A stretch of 64,000 bases of DNA from Syncephalis fuscata S228 (GCA_025786725.1 JAHLTZ010000066.1:1379-65378), one strand, 5' to 3'. Positions 1-13,469 are shown, numbered from the stretch's first letter. The notes: generated by a model from the sequence alone, not told the origin. Translations and numbers: made by a program.

Positions 1-10
1 GTTTGTCTAT

Positions 11-1155
11 ATGTTATCTATGGAAATGGATCTTACAGAAAGCATTAGAATTAAAGTGGAAGAGATGCGCGCCCAGCGCCAGCAGAGATACGATGCTTCA
101 TGTAAGACGCTGGAAGCTGAGCTACGCCGCAGAACGTTACAAGCCAGCCAATTTTACAAAACATTTGAGCAAGCTATTACGCAATATCAATCAGTTATAT
201 CATTGGCATTGGAACAGCCATACCACGGCAACATTAAAACAGATTGCGACAAACACAAATCGATAGCTAACTCACTGGAACCAACATGCGATACAGCCAG
301 TGCTAAAGATAGCATAGCCATTACAGACTTGGATAGTACATCTGAGCAGCAAACCTCTACACTTGCCCTTAACGATCCCATTGTACCTATTGAATTCCCT
401 ATTATATCATCTTCACTGGAGTCTCCTATTTGCTTTTCACCTCTTCTCGACGATACTTCATCCGATTTAACGCAGTAGAAGCAATGAGCTTATCAGAGTC
501 ATCTGATGCAGCAACAAAACTACAATCCAATCAGCATCTATCCGCATTGCCTGTTTCACCCAGCAATACTAACAATAGCAGCTGTCAGTATGAGCCGTCT
601 TCTATAGCTGATACATCGGTAGAAGCACTGGCCATTACCAAGGATACTGTGCTTTTAGCCCGACAAAAGTCTTATCGATTAGGCAAGGAACACGAACAGG
701 CACAACAGCTAGTACATAAAACAAAACAAGCAATGCGTATGTTGCGACGAGAATTCCAACACGAGTTACGAGAGCTAGATCGATTAGAACAGCGATTATG
801 CAATATTAGCAACGCTTATGAGATTGCTCAAAAGCAAGACTTAACCGCCTGTTTAGAAGATGCTTTGTCGCATACCAGTACAGATGGAAGGAAATACAAT
901 GATATAACATTAACAAAATTAAATAAAAAACGCAGCTTTCTATCAATAGCTGAGATAGAAGCTAAAGATACCGCAGACGATGCTATTCATTCAGCATCGT
1001 CATTACCGCCGGCCAAGCGATCTCGATCCGCTTCAACACTTAGTTACTCCGTACTAACGGCTATGGCCACAGTACCCACACTTTTGCTAGTAGCACTGAA
1101 TGGATCTAACATCTACACCACACTAGTAGAGAGGCTTTCACCTTTATTGCTTTAG
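11..1155 (+). CDS. Hypothetical coiled-coil protein with basic NLS-like patches and C-terminal hydrophobic anchor (ORFs 11..478 and 430..1155 probably one gene)
   Basis: Two overlapping ORFs join with a 1-nt frameshift near 468. Two heptad-rich segments, KKR and PPAKRSRS, then TLSYSVLTAMATVPTLLLVAL near the C-terminus. The 5' end may lie outside the window. Confidence 0.5.
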
Positions 1156-1401
1156 ATGCAATACCATCACGTGATTTGTTCGCTAAACCATTCTACTCAG
1201 CTGCTGCCCATTAATGTAATTTTCTCACGCACACACACAGGCTTATTGTTAATAAAAGGTGCCCCAATTAACTCCAGCTTTTATCGCTGCGCCTTTACTT
1301 TTTCAATTTCACGGTTTGCTGCCACTAAAAAGACGTCTACGTGCCTAGCCAATATACTTTACTTGATCTCATTCGCTGTCTAGCCATTGTCGATATCTAC
1401 C

Positions 1402-4390
1402 ATGACGCTTAATCCCATTTCTACCGACCCAAAATGTATGTGGCGTCCAGCCAATTCAGACAACACGGAAATTGCTCGCTTTCGGCAATATGTTAACGAG
1501 CGTTACCAGCTTCAACTAAGTAAGTGTTATTATCGCTGTACTATATATGAGAATGCCGTTGCTAACGTAGTGATTTCACACGTCTAGACGACTACCAACA
1601 GCTGTACGACTGGTCCTGCGACCGTATTGCTGATTTCTGGTCGGCTGTATGGGACTACGTTGGCGTTGTTGCGTCAGAGCCTTATACTCGTGTTATTGAC
1701 GAAACAGTGCCTATGGACGAGATTCCCGTGTGGTTTGAAGGTGCCCGCATGAACTACGCCGAGAATCTATTAAGACGTGGTGACGACAAACATGTGGCCA
1801 TTGTTGCCACTGGTGAACAACAAGCGCGTCGATCGATAACCTACCAAGAGCTGCGTGAACACGTACGTCTTATGGCGGCAGCATTCCGCAAAGCAGGTAT
1901 CACAGTGGGTGATCGTATTGCTGGCTATATCCCCAACTGTGTCGAAGCAATTATTGTTATGTTGGCAGCAACAAGTATCGGTGCCATTTACAGTTCTACA
2001 TCACCAGATTTTGGTACTGTGGTAAGTACTTGATTATAGTGTTATTTTTATCCATATTACTAATCAATTATTATATTACATATTACTATTTATTTATTAC
2101 TATTTATTACTATTCTTTAGGGTGTACTTGATCGATTTAATCAAATTCGTCCCAAGATTCTATTCTCGGTCAATGCAATTGTTTATAATGGCAAGGTACA
2201 CGACCATTTAGGCAAATTAAAGGCGGTTGTTGAAGGTAACTAGTTTATACATATATATATAGGTATATATATTATATATAAATGTTATTAATGATTTGAC
2301 AGGACTGGATGGATTGGAAAAGGTGGTCATTATTCCATTTGTATCGCAATATACATGTGATACATCTGTAATTCCTAAAAGGTAATTGTTTATAATAGTT
2401 ACTACAAACTATTGCTCATTATTGTATTAACGTGACTATTATACAGTATGATGTTGGATGAGTTTATTCAACCAGCCGATACTACACCATTAACGTTTGA
2501 ACAACTCCCATTCAATCATCCAATTTATATTTTGTATTCATCTGGCACCACTGGTAGGATTTAATATATTATTATAACATTAGCCACTAATATATTATAA
2601 TAACTTAAACAGGTCTACCAAAATGCTTGGTTCATTCAGCTGGTGTAAGTTATTTACTAGTTTATAGTCTAATTGTTATTTACTTTCTTGCTATTAGGGA
2701 ATGTTACTACAACATCAAAAAGAACATATCATTCATGGTGGCATGACAAGCGATGACGTTTTCCTCCAGTATACAACAGTAAGTGTTTAACACGTAATAA
2801 GTCATTAAATTGCTAATATGCTTTCTATAGACGGGCTGGATGATGTGGAACTGGCTAGTGGCTGGTCTAGCAACCGGTTGTACCATTGTTCTATATGACG
2901 GCTCGCCTTTCAAGCCAAGTCCTGATGTTTTATGGTCATTGGCCGAGGATCTAGGGTAATAATATAGAGATACCATTGGCCATTTGTGAATTACTAATAC
3001 TGACGCTTGCTGTATTTAGTGTCACTATGTTTGGTACATCAGCCAAGTATATTCAGGCACTACAGGATGCAAATACTATCCAGGCACGCTATTGGAACAA
3101 TAAATATACAATAACAATACTAATTAATTACTCCAAATAACAGGCAAACAACACAAGCTGGATCGTCTTCGCTCTATCTTCTCGACTGGCTCTCCACTGT
3201 CACCAGAAAGCTTTGAATTTGTTTATAGAGATATTAAATCCGATCTATGCTTAGCTCAATTACCGGCGGCACGGATATTTGCTCTACCTTTGCTACTGGC
3301 TGCAATGCATTGCCAGTCTACCGAGGAGAGATCCAATGTCGCGCCCTTGGTATGAGCATTCAAGCATGGGCTGGTCAAGGTAACGTAATGTGTATTTTTC
3401 AACATTATATTGAATGTAAATTTACTTATTTATTATATAATTACGTTATTTAGATAAGCCAGTCTTTGGTCAAAGTGGCGATCTTGTCTGTACACGGCCA
3501 TTCCCGTGTATGCCAGTCAAGTTCTGGAACGATAAGAACAACATGAAATACCGTGCAGCCTATTTTGATGTCTATCCAGGTAATTGGCCAATGTTTAAGC
3601 AATTATAGCTATATATTAATACTCAAACTTTTTATTTCTGTTAATAAATAGGTATTTGGTATCATGGTGACTTTATCTGGATTAGTCCAGTTACCGGTGG
3701 TATTGTAATGTTGGGACGCAGGTAAATAGCTATTAACAATATAGAGCCACAGTACTAATGCTAGTACGATCTAGTGATGGTACACTGAATCCAGCTGGTG
3801 TACGATTTGGCAGCGCAGAACTATATAACATCGGTGGGTGTATATGTAAATAGATGATAAAACAATCAATACTGATATACGATGATAGTCGACACCTTTT
3901 TGGAGGTTGAGGACAGTTTAGCAGTAAGTGGCCATTATATCATGCTTTATTACTAATCTATGATTTATAGGTGGGTCAGAAGATGGGCGATGATGAGCGA
4001 GTCTGTCTATTTCTTAAAATGAATCAAGGCCATACAATGACTAAAGAGCTGATCGATCGTCTTACGGCCGATATCCGCCGTCAATTAAGTCCACGCCATG
4101 TACCAGCCGTTATTCTATCGGTAGCCGATATACCGGTATGAGACACTCTATATACAATATTGGTAATACTAACCTATATTTATATTTATATTTATATATA
4201 CATATCATACTAGTATACGGTTAATGGCAAAAAGGTGGAGATTGCTATTAAACGCATCATATCCAACATACCATACACGCCTAGCGGTACATTGGCCAAT
4301 CCAGAATGTCTTGATCTATACCGTAACCTGCCTGAATTGAAATTACCTGAGGAACTTATCGCCAGCGTTGGAGGCAAGTCGAAGCTTTAG
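1402..4390 (+). CDS. AACS: Acetoacetyl-CoA synthetase (acetoacetate-CoA ligase), multi-exon, C-terminal PTS1
   Basis: Spliced motifs [90 protein letters not shown]. Ends GGKSKL*. Apparent 1-nt deletions near 3072 and 3246. Confidence 0.95.
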
Positions 4391-5262
4391 TAATCGTGTT
4401 ACTGATTGCTTATCTAACCACGACCGCATTATTATCGCCATCATCTTCGATATGTTTTTAAATCCCTCTCTTCCTCTCTCTCTCTTTTAACTAACTATAT
4501 ACATATGTATATACGTGCACACATTTAAATCGCTTTACAACTGGTTAGCAAATTGGCCCACCGCGTAACGTTATCAATGGCATCGCATTATTGTCCGCCA
4601 TAAGTATAAGGACTATCATATTCTATGGTGGTAATGCTAATATGAGAATAAAAACTCTTTTTATTAATTTAAATAATGAATATAATATACAATGCTATTG
4701 ACTAACAAGTTTTAATGAATAATAGATAATAAAGTGTAGTTCAAAGGAAAAGGTAAAAGGTAATATTGTTGTTATGTGGCCACAATAATAATAATAACAA
4801 TCATCCGTCATATGGAATAGGATATGATTATGATTATTATTATATTACATTATCTTTAATCACTATATAACAACAATAATAATAAAAATAAGAACGCTAA
4901 TAGTAATGCCAATTACATTCATTGTTCTACGATCGTTATCACTGAAATGATTATCCACGACAAAAGGCAAAATACAGAAATACAGTTAATAGTTGTGCGT
5001 GTGTGCATGTTAATAAATAGATGTGTATACACGTTATCCTTTAAGAATAAAGTGTAATCATCCACTGATAACAAACAAACGAGTAAACAGTGAAACGAAT
5101 GAACACGACAAAGAATTGTAAAAAGAGAGAAAAAAGGAAATCACAAATAAAATGCATCATTATGAGATTGCGCGCGCTACCTGTCATCGTATCTTGTACT
5201 AGATTCATTTTTGCTATGAATATTTTGTTATTCTCAATAGATAACAATATTGACAACATTAG

Positions 5263-7582
5263 TTATTTGGCTAAAACACGACGACTATAGAATTTCTGAG
5301 TTAGGTTCATCGTATCTTCATCGCATGCTTCACAAGGTGTACGCGGTGAAGCAATAGGTGATAATTGTGACTCGGCGATGTCTTCAATCACCGTTGATAA
5401 AGCACGTGCATGCTGTGCTGATACCGAACGCCAAATTGAATTTCTACGCTCTCGACTAGAGGGACCGGCTATTCCAGCCACACCATTGGCTGTTGCCGTA
5501 GCCGTTCCCATTTGTAGATTGCCGCTGTTGTTGTTGTTATTGCTAAATAAACCAAATGATTTCAAATCTTTGTTATTAGCTGTGGCACCTGCTGTAGTAA
5601 TTGACATTAATGATGGGCTATTTTCTGTAGTTAGACCAATTAATGCAGCTGTATTTGTGCCACCACTAGACTTTGCAATCATTTTGTATTGTTAGTTTTG
5701 CGTAATTCTTCCGTCCTTGCCACCTCTTCTTCTTCTTCTTCCTCGCCTGGATATTGGCGTGATAGTCCAAGCTTTCGTTCAAATTCTACCAGCTGATAAA
5801 CAGTGACATATTGGGACTAATGGCTGCACTTCGTTCTTTTACATAAGCATATGCTTCATGAAGCGGCATGCTTTGATTACGCATCACATAGGCCAGCACT
5901 AGTGAAGCAGATCGCGATACGCCACATTGGCAGTGTACAAGCACACCTTCACCGCGTGATCGGCCCTGATCGATGAACGAAAAGGCATTTTCAAAGAATT
6001 CAACCAGATCTTCTTGATTATGGCCCCAGTTGAACTTTTTGTATCTGAATCGTTCTTCAAAAGCTCGACCAGCCATACGATTCCACGTATCACTACCGAC
6101 ATTGGGTCGTTTAAGTGGCTTATCAACACCTACTACAATAGATTCATTGCCACTATTGCTACTATTACCACTATCGACCTGCCCATTGCTGCTGCTATTG
6201 CTACCCGCACTACTGTTGCCCAATAGCGAATCTACATCAATTTCGTCGTCTAGTGGCAATGATCGTGATTGCAGCATGGGTCCAATAGACGTGGTAACAC
6301 TAAGTAGATTCGGTGCAGCCACGCCATGCCATGGATGCGCCTTAGGATGGACAAAATAGGCGCGTGGTGGCGGTGCAGGTACACTTAATCCAGGTATAAT
6401 CAAATTCTGTCGTAAATCTTCGGCTGCTTTAATAGCTGCGGCTGTTCGTTCTGAACGCGGTGATAGCAGCAACATATCATCGGTATATGGAACCGGTACT
6501 TCCTTGGCTACATTTAAAATATAGCGAATATTCAATTTGCGTAGCTGTTCTTGGTTGGCCGCATTAACTTCGGTACCAAGATATAGATTGGGTAAAATAC
6601 AAACTGGCCCTTCACGGTATGGATCATTCGCTACTAATGACTGTTCACGATGTTCTTCAGTAAATGCTGTATGTGGTCGCAGAGGTGTATCGCTATAAGA
6701 GCGGTGACGACTATCAGCGCCAGATGAGCCGCGTGGTTTAAGACTGGACAGCATACTACGGCCTATCAGCTTACATTAGTATATGCGCATTACCAACTAT
6801 GTATATTGCTTACCACCAGTTAATGGACCTCTTTCTTGTTCATCTTCAGGCATGGTTTCATCACGACGCGCCATCATCATTGACAATAGGCCTGGATGGC
6901 TGCCACCTGGCGTACCAGGTGGTGAATTGGGCGCTGAATGGTAAGAGCGATTCATAGGCACCATTAAAGATAGATTCTTGGCATTTCTTGGTCGTTTAGA
7001 CATGCCACCACCCGTAGAAAGCTGCGACAATGAAGGTGTGGGCCGAAGCGGACGACCATTACCGCCTTGTTTAACACCAGCCATATTGCTATCACTAATA
7101 CCAATGGACAATTTACGTAATGGCGGACCAGCCGCTGCTGTATCATTGTCATTAAGACCAGAGTTTGACGATGTTATATCGTCACGCGAGGCTGTACTAA
7201 GTGAAGGCATTGAGGACGATAGCTGCGATAGATTGGGTAGTCGTATTGATGGCGTCTCGCTTCCATTTCTACGTAAAAGTAGGCCACGGCCAATACGACC
7301 ACCGCTACTTCGATCGCTAGCATCGCCTAGCGTGCTGGTACTGATATTGCTTCTTGTTTCCAAGTCATCGAAATCATCGTCGCTAGCCTGTGTTGTCAAG
7401 ATGAGCGGTGCTCGTTGACGAAAGGCCAGCGGACGTGTCATACTGCCGCTGCCGCCGCCATGACTACTGTCACTCTCATTCCCACTTGTCACAGGTATTG
7501 TTACCGGTAGACGCGACGGTGGAGCAGCAGGAGCCAAGGCCACCGACGTGTCCATAGGCGAATCAATCGCCATTTTCTCCAT
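5263..7582 (-). CDS. Dual-specificity MAP kinase phosphatase, Msg5/Pmp1-like
   Basis: Catalytic VHCQCGVSRSASLVLAYVM, GPVCILPNLYLG and ISPNMSL; RNAKNLSL docking motif like the Msg5 N-terminus. Intron 6763-6813. 1-nt deletions near 5795 and 5683 link the three ORFs. Confidence 0.9.
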
Positions 7583-9029
7583 GCCCGTACAATAATCGTT
7601 GCTCGGCTGTATATTGAGCAACGCTTCAGCAATACACCACCTTAATATAAATAAATATATATACTAGCTACACGAAGCCGGTCGTTAAACAGAATAAAGA
7701 TAGAAAAGCTGGCTTATCCCACTAAGTAGAACACTATGCGAGTGATTTTAAGATGTAAAATAATGCACACACAGAAATACGGTGGGAGTAGGTGGTTGGT
7801 TTAAAAGATGACAGAAAGGTTTACTAGAAACAACGATGTGATGGCGATGATAGTAGTAGTGGAAGTAAAAGTAAGCAGTGGCGGCAATAGATAACTAAAT
7901 AACCGCAATAATAATAAGTAAAAGTGGTAGGAGAGTAGTAGTAGTAGTAGTACACTATATCAAGTGTAGTCACCAGGATGTTGTTATAGAGCAAAGAGAG
8001 AACAAAGGGGAAGAATCGTGAATGTGAGCAAAAATAGACTAATGAAGTGAGAACAAATACGCAGACCACACACACACGCGCGCAACACAATAACACTCGA
8101 GCTATGACGAGCATCAGATAGAGATGTTAAGAATAAAGAGCAATAATACAATATAATGGCTATGATTAGAACAATAGTAGTAACAATACAATAACAATAA
8201 TGATGGTAATTATTCTATAGAACCATTAATGCTACTTTTACACTCTATTATACATTGATCCATTTCCATCCTATTATTTTTCACTAATTAATTTTTATTT
8301 ACTCCGTTTTAAACTTGACCATTGTCCCACCCACCCGATTTCTTTACTGACGACCATGCGGATAGACCGGTTCCCTTATTCCACATGCCCATACTCTATC
8401 TATTTATTCATGAACACGTGATGTATATATGTATGTATGTATGTATATGTGAGCGTGAGTGTGCGTCTATATCCCATATGCTTTTAATGATAAAATTCTA
8501 AGAAATCATGATCATAAGCAATCACACCACGCTGTTGTGGCACGGCTGTGTCGCTTGTCATTTTCTATATTGGTTGATGGCTGTTAAAGGCTTGGGAGTC
8601 TTGTTGTGGATAGAGCACAACATACCATGGTGTTACATAGAATAGCACAGTCATCTTATATAGACTGCTGTGCACTATGTACATCATTTCTTGTTTACTA
8701 AAATAGATATCTATATAATTAACTTTATAAATATAGAAACAAGTCATTTATTATATTTATTAATAGTTGCCAATTAATGTATCATTTTTATTAGTTACAA
8801 CTGTTTTTTTATATATAGACCAACTGCTGCTGTACAACATATGATAGCTGACTTATCTATTAATATTACATGAATTTGGCCTAATTTAACATTGCATGAT
8901 ACTTGTAACACTAGATATGTATATTTGCCATTGATTGGATCATACCCAAAGTACTAGACTGTATCGTATTGCATTAATATTATTGACAACGACTTTACAC
9001 TGTTTGTTTGAAATAAATATACTTGGTAA

Positions 9030-10316
9030 TTTACAAATTAAAACTAATGAATTAGTACAAGTATAGAGCTATTGGAGTTTGATTTCCATATCATTTATTT
9101 CCACCATTGTCTTATTATACTCGGTGATTTACGGGCGACACTGTTCTATAATTATATTTGCTTTTATGCAATTGATTTTTATTCTTTCTTTTATTCCACC
9201 ATTTGAACAATTCCCCCATCTGTATTTCAGTTTGTTCATAGTATTTATATGTACAATGTCATTTGATTTATGGCTTGTATATATCATTTCATTTATTAAC
9301 TAAATAAAGTAGCCATTTTACATTAAACAATTTATTAATAATTTAATGTAATTTGGTGTTAAATAACTACATTTAATAACACTCACTCTCTTGGACATGA
9401 TGATGGGTGGTGAGTGACATCAGTCATCAAATACTCGTCATTGTAGATTCGTTATCCAGTATGCATATATTCAGTACACATATACATTCTATTCACCTAT
9501 ATCATTCCTATTCTATTCCATACTACCATATACTATTCTATGATACACTGACATATCTTATTCTTTATATATTTTAATAAACACTATTTACTTCACTTAT
9601 TGCATTAGATGCACTATAACCTTAACATCGGTTTATATGCTTTCTTACCGCACATTTAGCATTCTATATACCATTCTATACTCGCCTAGTCTTCCTCTAT
9701 CCAAAACTGCCTTTATTTTGTTCTAGCTTTATTATTTGCAAATATCGACTAATGTCGGCCATCTGCTCATGCATATATGCTTAATAACTTAAACATTGCT
9801 AATCTCGTTCAATATCGCATATTCATCACAATTATTATTATTTTATTATATATTGGCTATACGCTGTTTATAGTCATTGTCGGTATGGCTTCAACTATTT
9901 TAGCAATAAACATTAGCATATCATACCTAGTTTGTTCACTGAGTTATATTGATATAACAAATAATATGAATATAAACAAAGTTATGTTTATTAAGTTATT
10001 TATAAATAAATAGATCATGTCAATTAACTATATTTTAATGTTATCAAGCAAAATGACGGGTATACATAGTAATAATACATACTATGATGATATGCATACT
10101 GGATAATAAATCACAATGATGAGTATTTAATGATGATGTCGCTCACCACCTACCATCATGTTTAATAAAATTATAGTCATTTTACACCTAAACGATAGTG
10201 TGATTAAATGAGTTGATCATTTAATAAAACGCATCATCCAGTTCTATGTTCAATAGAACGAATGTCTACTTCAACTAAACAAATATTATTATTTGTAATC
10301 ATTCAACTTCAAGCTA
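9030..10316. mobile_element. Non-autonomous repeat element (~1.2 kb) with internal imperfect inverted arms (MITE-like), copy A
   Basis: The arm at 9352-9480 (gaCATGATGATGGGTGGTGAGTGACATC...ttatccagtatgcata) is inverted at 10090-10191. 9090-10290 aligns by eye to the reverse complement of 62115-61010. No transposase ORF. Confidence 0.6.
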
Positions 10317-10523
10317 TTTGAAATAAATATACTTGGTAACTCAGTGATTTATTTAGCTATACTAACAATAATAACTATAAATAATAACAGTTTAATACAA
10401 TTAACACTATATGGCTACATGTTCTATTATCACATAAAAATATTATAAAATATTTTTAACAAATTAAATGATAAATACATGCAAAACTGTTTTATTTACT
10501 AATATTATTTTAATAACAATGGA

Positions 10524-11705
10524 TTAAATATCTTTACTACTATTACTATGCTTAATAGTAGTATTCATTAAATGTTGCCGTAATTGTTGCAGTCGATTAA
10601 TGGCCTGTTGTCGACGTGCTTCACTCTGAGCATCTATTGTTTCATTACGCTTTTGCGCTTGTTCGATATCACTTCGTTGTAAGTCCAGTAATAGCTGTCG
10701 AAGTGCTTGTTCACCTTGTTTTATTTCTGGTGGTAGAATATCATCATTATAAACATCATCGGTATAATGGTGTCCATCTAAATAGGCAACAATATCAATT
10801 GGTGTACTTTGTTGTAAAGAATTTGTTGTTGTTGATTCAAGCAACTGAGTAAGATATCGTTCAGCTGGTGAAAGATAACTCGAAGATGGTGATGATGACT
10901 GTTCAACCCACCGTTGTCTAAATGATTTAATCCAACTTACTGGCAGGCCGCCAATTTCATCACCTTGATCCATATGAATCAATGTAGAGGGTGGCCCCAT
11001 CTCTTCTTGTATCCCCTCCACCATTACATGATCTGTATAGTATGGTTGTTGTAAAAAGGCTCGTACGTCAGCACCATCATCAATTTCATTATTAATAAAA
11101 CCTATTGGATCCAATGGACTATTAGTGTTGCCTTTATTAAATGGAGCCTCTATTTCCATTAGCAAGTGTTGCTGTGACTCGATTGATGTTATTGGTACAT
11201 TATATTCATTATTCTGCCACTGCTGCCAATCAGCACTAACAGCAGCAACATGGCCCGGTGTTGATGCCGTTTGTTCTCGCCACAATCCATTGGTGTGTGA
11301 TACTGTTGAACTACCATTAAATGATGATGTTGATGCTGATGGTCCGCCTGATATTGATTGCCTATCCTTCCAATCGATGTGTTCACTACTAAGTACGTGC
11401 TGTGGTCCTTGTTGGCGTCCACCTGGCAAAGATGGTTTATTATCAGCTGTTTGACGATAATCAGCAAGTGACCCGGGTATCTGTTTACCACCAGCACTAG
11501 TGCCGCCCATTGTAGACTGCCACATAGACTGTGTCGACCGCTCTAGTCGACGAGTAAAGGACGTAGTGTCATGTAAGTCGCCAGCATTATTATTTCCCTT
11601 TGAATTCACGCTATTCTCGTCTTGTATAGCGTCTTTATCAGTATAAACTGCCGGTGCCTTCCCTGCACTCTTCTCTTTCTCTTTTCCCGTTTGATTCGAC
11701 GACAT
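10524..11705 (-). CDS. Intronless hypothetical protein (393 aa) with a duplicated DxxA[FY]Lx4YTDxV motif, WxxxF and a C-terminal PTS2-like nonapeptide
   Basis: Uninterrupted 1.18-kb ORF with coding-like composition in AT-rich flanks. Motifs DVRAFLQQPYYTDHV, DIVAYLDGHHYTDDV, WIKSF, RLQQLRQHL. Confidence 0.75.
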   Translation of the reverse strand: MSSNQTGKEKEKSAGKAPAVYTDKDAIQDENSVNSKGNNNAGDLHDTTSFTRRLERSTQSMWQSTMGGTSAGGKQIPGSLADYRQTADNKPSLPGGRQQGPQHVLSSEHIDWKDRQSISGGPSASTSSFNGSSTVSHTNGLWREQTASTPGHVAAVSADWQQWQNNEYNVPITSIESQQHLLMEIEAPFNKGNTNSPLDPIGFINNEIDDGADVRAFLQQPYYTDHVMVEGIQEEMGPPSTLIHMDQGDEIGGLPVSWIKSFRQRWVEQSSSPSSSYLSPAERYLTQLLESTTTNSLQQSTPIDIVAYLDGHHYTDDVYNDDILPPEIKQGEQALRQLLLDLQRSDIEQAQKRNETIDAQSEARRQQAINRLQQLRQHLMNTTIKHSNSSKDI

Positions 11706-12189
11706 GTTAAAAGTAGAATGTATTAGTCGATTAATGTGAAGATTCAGCTATTTAATTTTATCACTAAAGATAAGAATGGTAATAACTAGACGTGATGCTT
11801 GGGAAATAATGACACACGATTTTAATCTAGATTTAAACTAATATTATAGCACGATTTGTAACAACGATAGTATTAACACATTCTATTATCATTAAATTTT
11901 TGGGAGCTATTTTACTTTGAATTCCTATCCTTCAGTTTAAGGATAAAAATATCCATAATTTGAATAGTAAATCGTCGATCAGTTTTACTACTGAGAAGTG
12001 CTATTTGTTAAAGCAATGCACATCAACTTTGATTGAATCAATCAATATTAATTAATCTGCACTATTTTCAATATTCGATATTAGTGTTAATAAATGTGTA
12101 GTATTCCATGTCACTTACAATAAAACATAATAGATAGATAAATGTTAATCCATGTTATTATTGTTGTAAAGTATTCAAAGCATTATAAT

Positions 12190-12240
12190 TTAGTATTTAA
12201 TATAACTCACCACCCAGTTACATGTTTAGTAGAACAACAA
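12190..12240 (-). repeat. Short remnant of the dispersed repeat arm
   Basis: taatataactcaccacccagttacatgtttagtagaac resembles the reverse complement of 61055-61095 and matches 10220-10260. Confidence 0.35.
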
Positions 12241-13469
12241 ATGTGCATTCAATCAAGTAAAGGATGCCAGCTTTGATCTTTTGACACTAAATTACATGAG
12301 TCTACTAATAACTTAATACATGGAAGTTATTATACGTTGCCTTTTACATTTTATTTACTCGTTTCATCTTATTTTCTATTGCTATCTTATTGTTCTATTT
12401 AATGCTATATTATACAATAATACCGAATATAACAATATAAATAACATGCGTATTTGAACATCAATAAATAACATGATTCAATCCCTAGACTTTATTTCTT
12501 TTACTTTACATCAACACCTGTTCAAGTAACCTCAGCGGCATGCCGTATCTTTGGCTACAACTGCCGCCACAAGATCTTCCTGATAAAGAAACTCAACCTA
12601 TCATAATTGCATATGATGGAGGCCATTTGCTTCATCAATGGTTGGCAAATAAACTGCGCCTACCAAGTTGATATTAAGAATGCCTAAGAAATGGTGAACA
12701 TCAGAAATGCTAGTCGTCCTACCTTCTTGTGACCATAGACAAGTATCTTACATAGTAAATATGCCCAAAATACAACAGTAGAAGATTAGAAAATAGAATA
12801 GACCATTCAGATACAAGAACCCACACCGTATGTAGTAACAACAATAACAACTACAGAATGACATGAAATCATAATTATAGGCTTTTATTAATACTCAATC
12901 AATCTTTCTACGCATAGCCAACAACGACAATGATCAATCTCAAATATTTCAATGAAATCAAATAGTATGTTACGTCGTTTAAATATTTAATATTATTACC
13001 GGTACAACGTTCTGTTACATTTAATCAGTTCTATTTTATGGAATAATAATGTTATTACATTACATTAATATTTATCATGAATAATGGTTTAAACACAAAT
13101 TAGTCTAAGCAACTCGTCAACTATTTAAATCATTACAATTGATTGCGTAAAGTAATCTACTGACCTGGGGGATTAAAGTGGATAGTCAATCATAGTATTA
13201 TTATTATCATTGCGTTATATTCAGTTCACTCTAATAAATAAACAAATAAACAACACTTTGCATCAATTTATATTGGTATATTAATAGTGTAATTACAAGC
13301 TTATAATAAAACATATTTGCTATTAACATGAGTTGACACATAAATATAATTGACACGAGTGCATAAATCATTTTACTAACAGTATCTACCCTGAGTATAT
13401 ATGTTTTAATAAGACTGCGTATTATTAATAACAATAATCGAGTCGGAATAACAACTATTCAGCTGCATT

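Noticed and set aside
5670-5800. Programmed ribosomal frameshifting or recoding as the cause of broken ORFs (e.g. AAA TGA in the phosphatase)
   Set aside because: The break sites share no slippery or stop-codon consensus and are short homopolymers missing one base, which is the signature of sequencing error.
9395-9440. ATGATGA in the repeat arms as snoRNA C boxes
   Set aside because: No paired CTGA D box, terminal stem or rRNA complementarity; the motif belongs to an intergenic dispersed repeat.
12470-12830. GC-richer island with short peptide-like frames (MPYLWLQLPPQDLPDKETQPIIIAYDGGHLLHQWLANKLRLPS)
   Set aside because: Under 50 aa, no recognisable motif or consistent splice structure; possibly a decayed gene but unsupportable.
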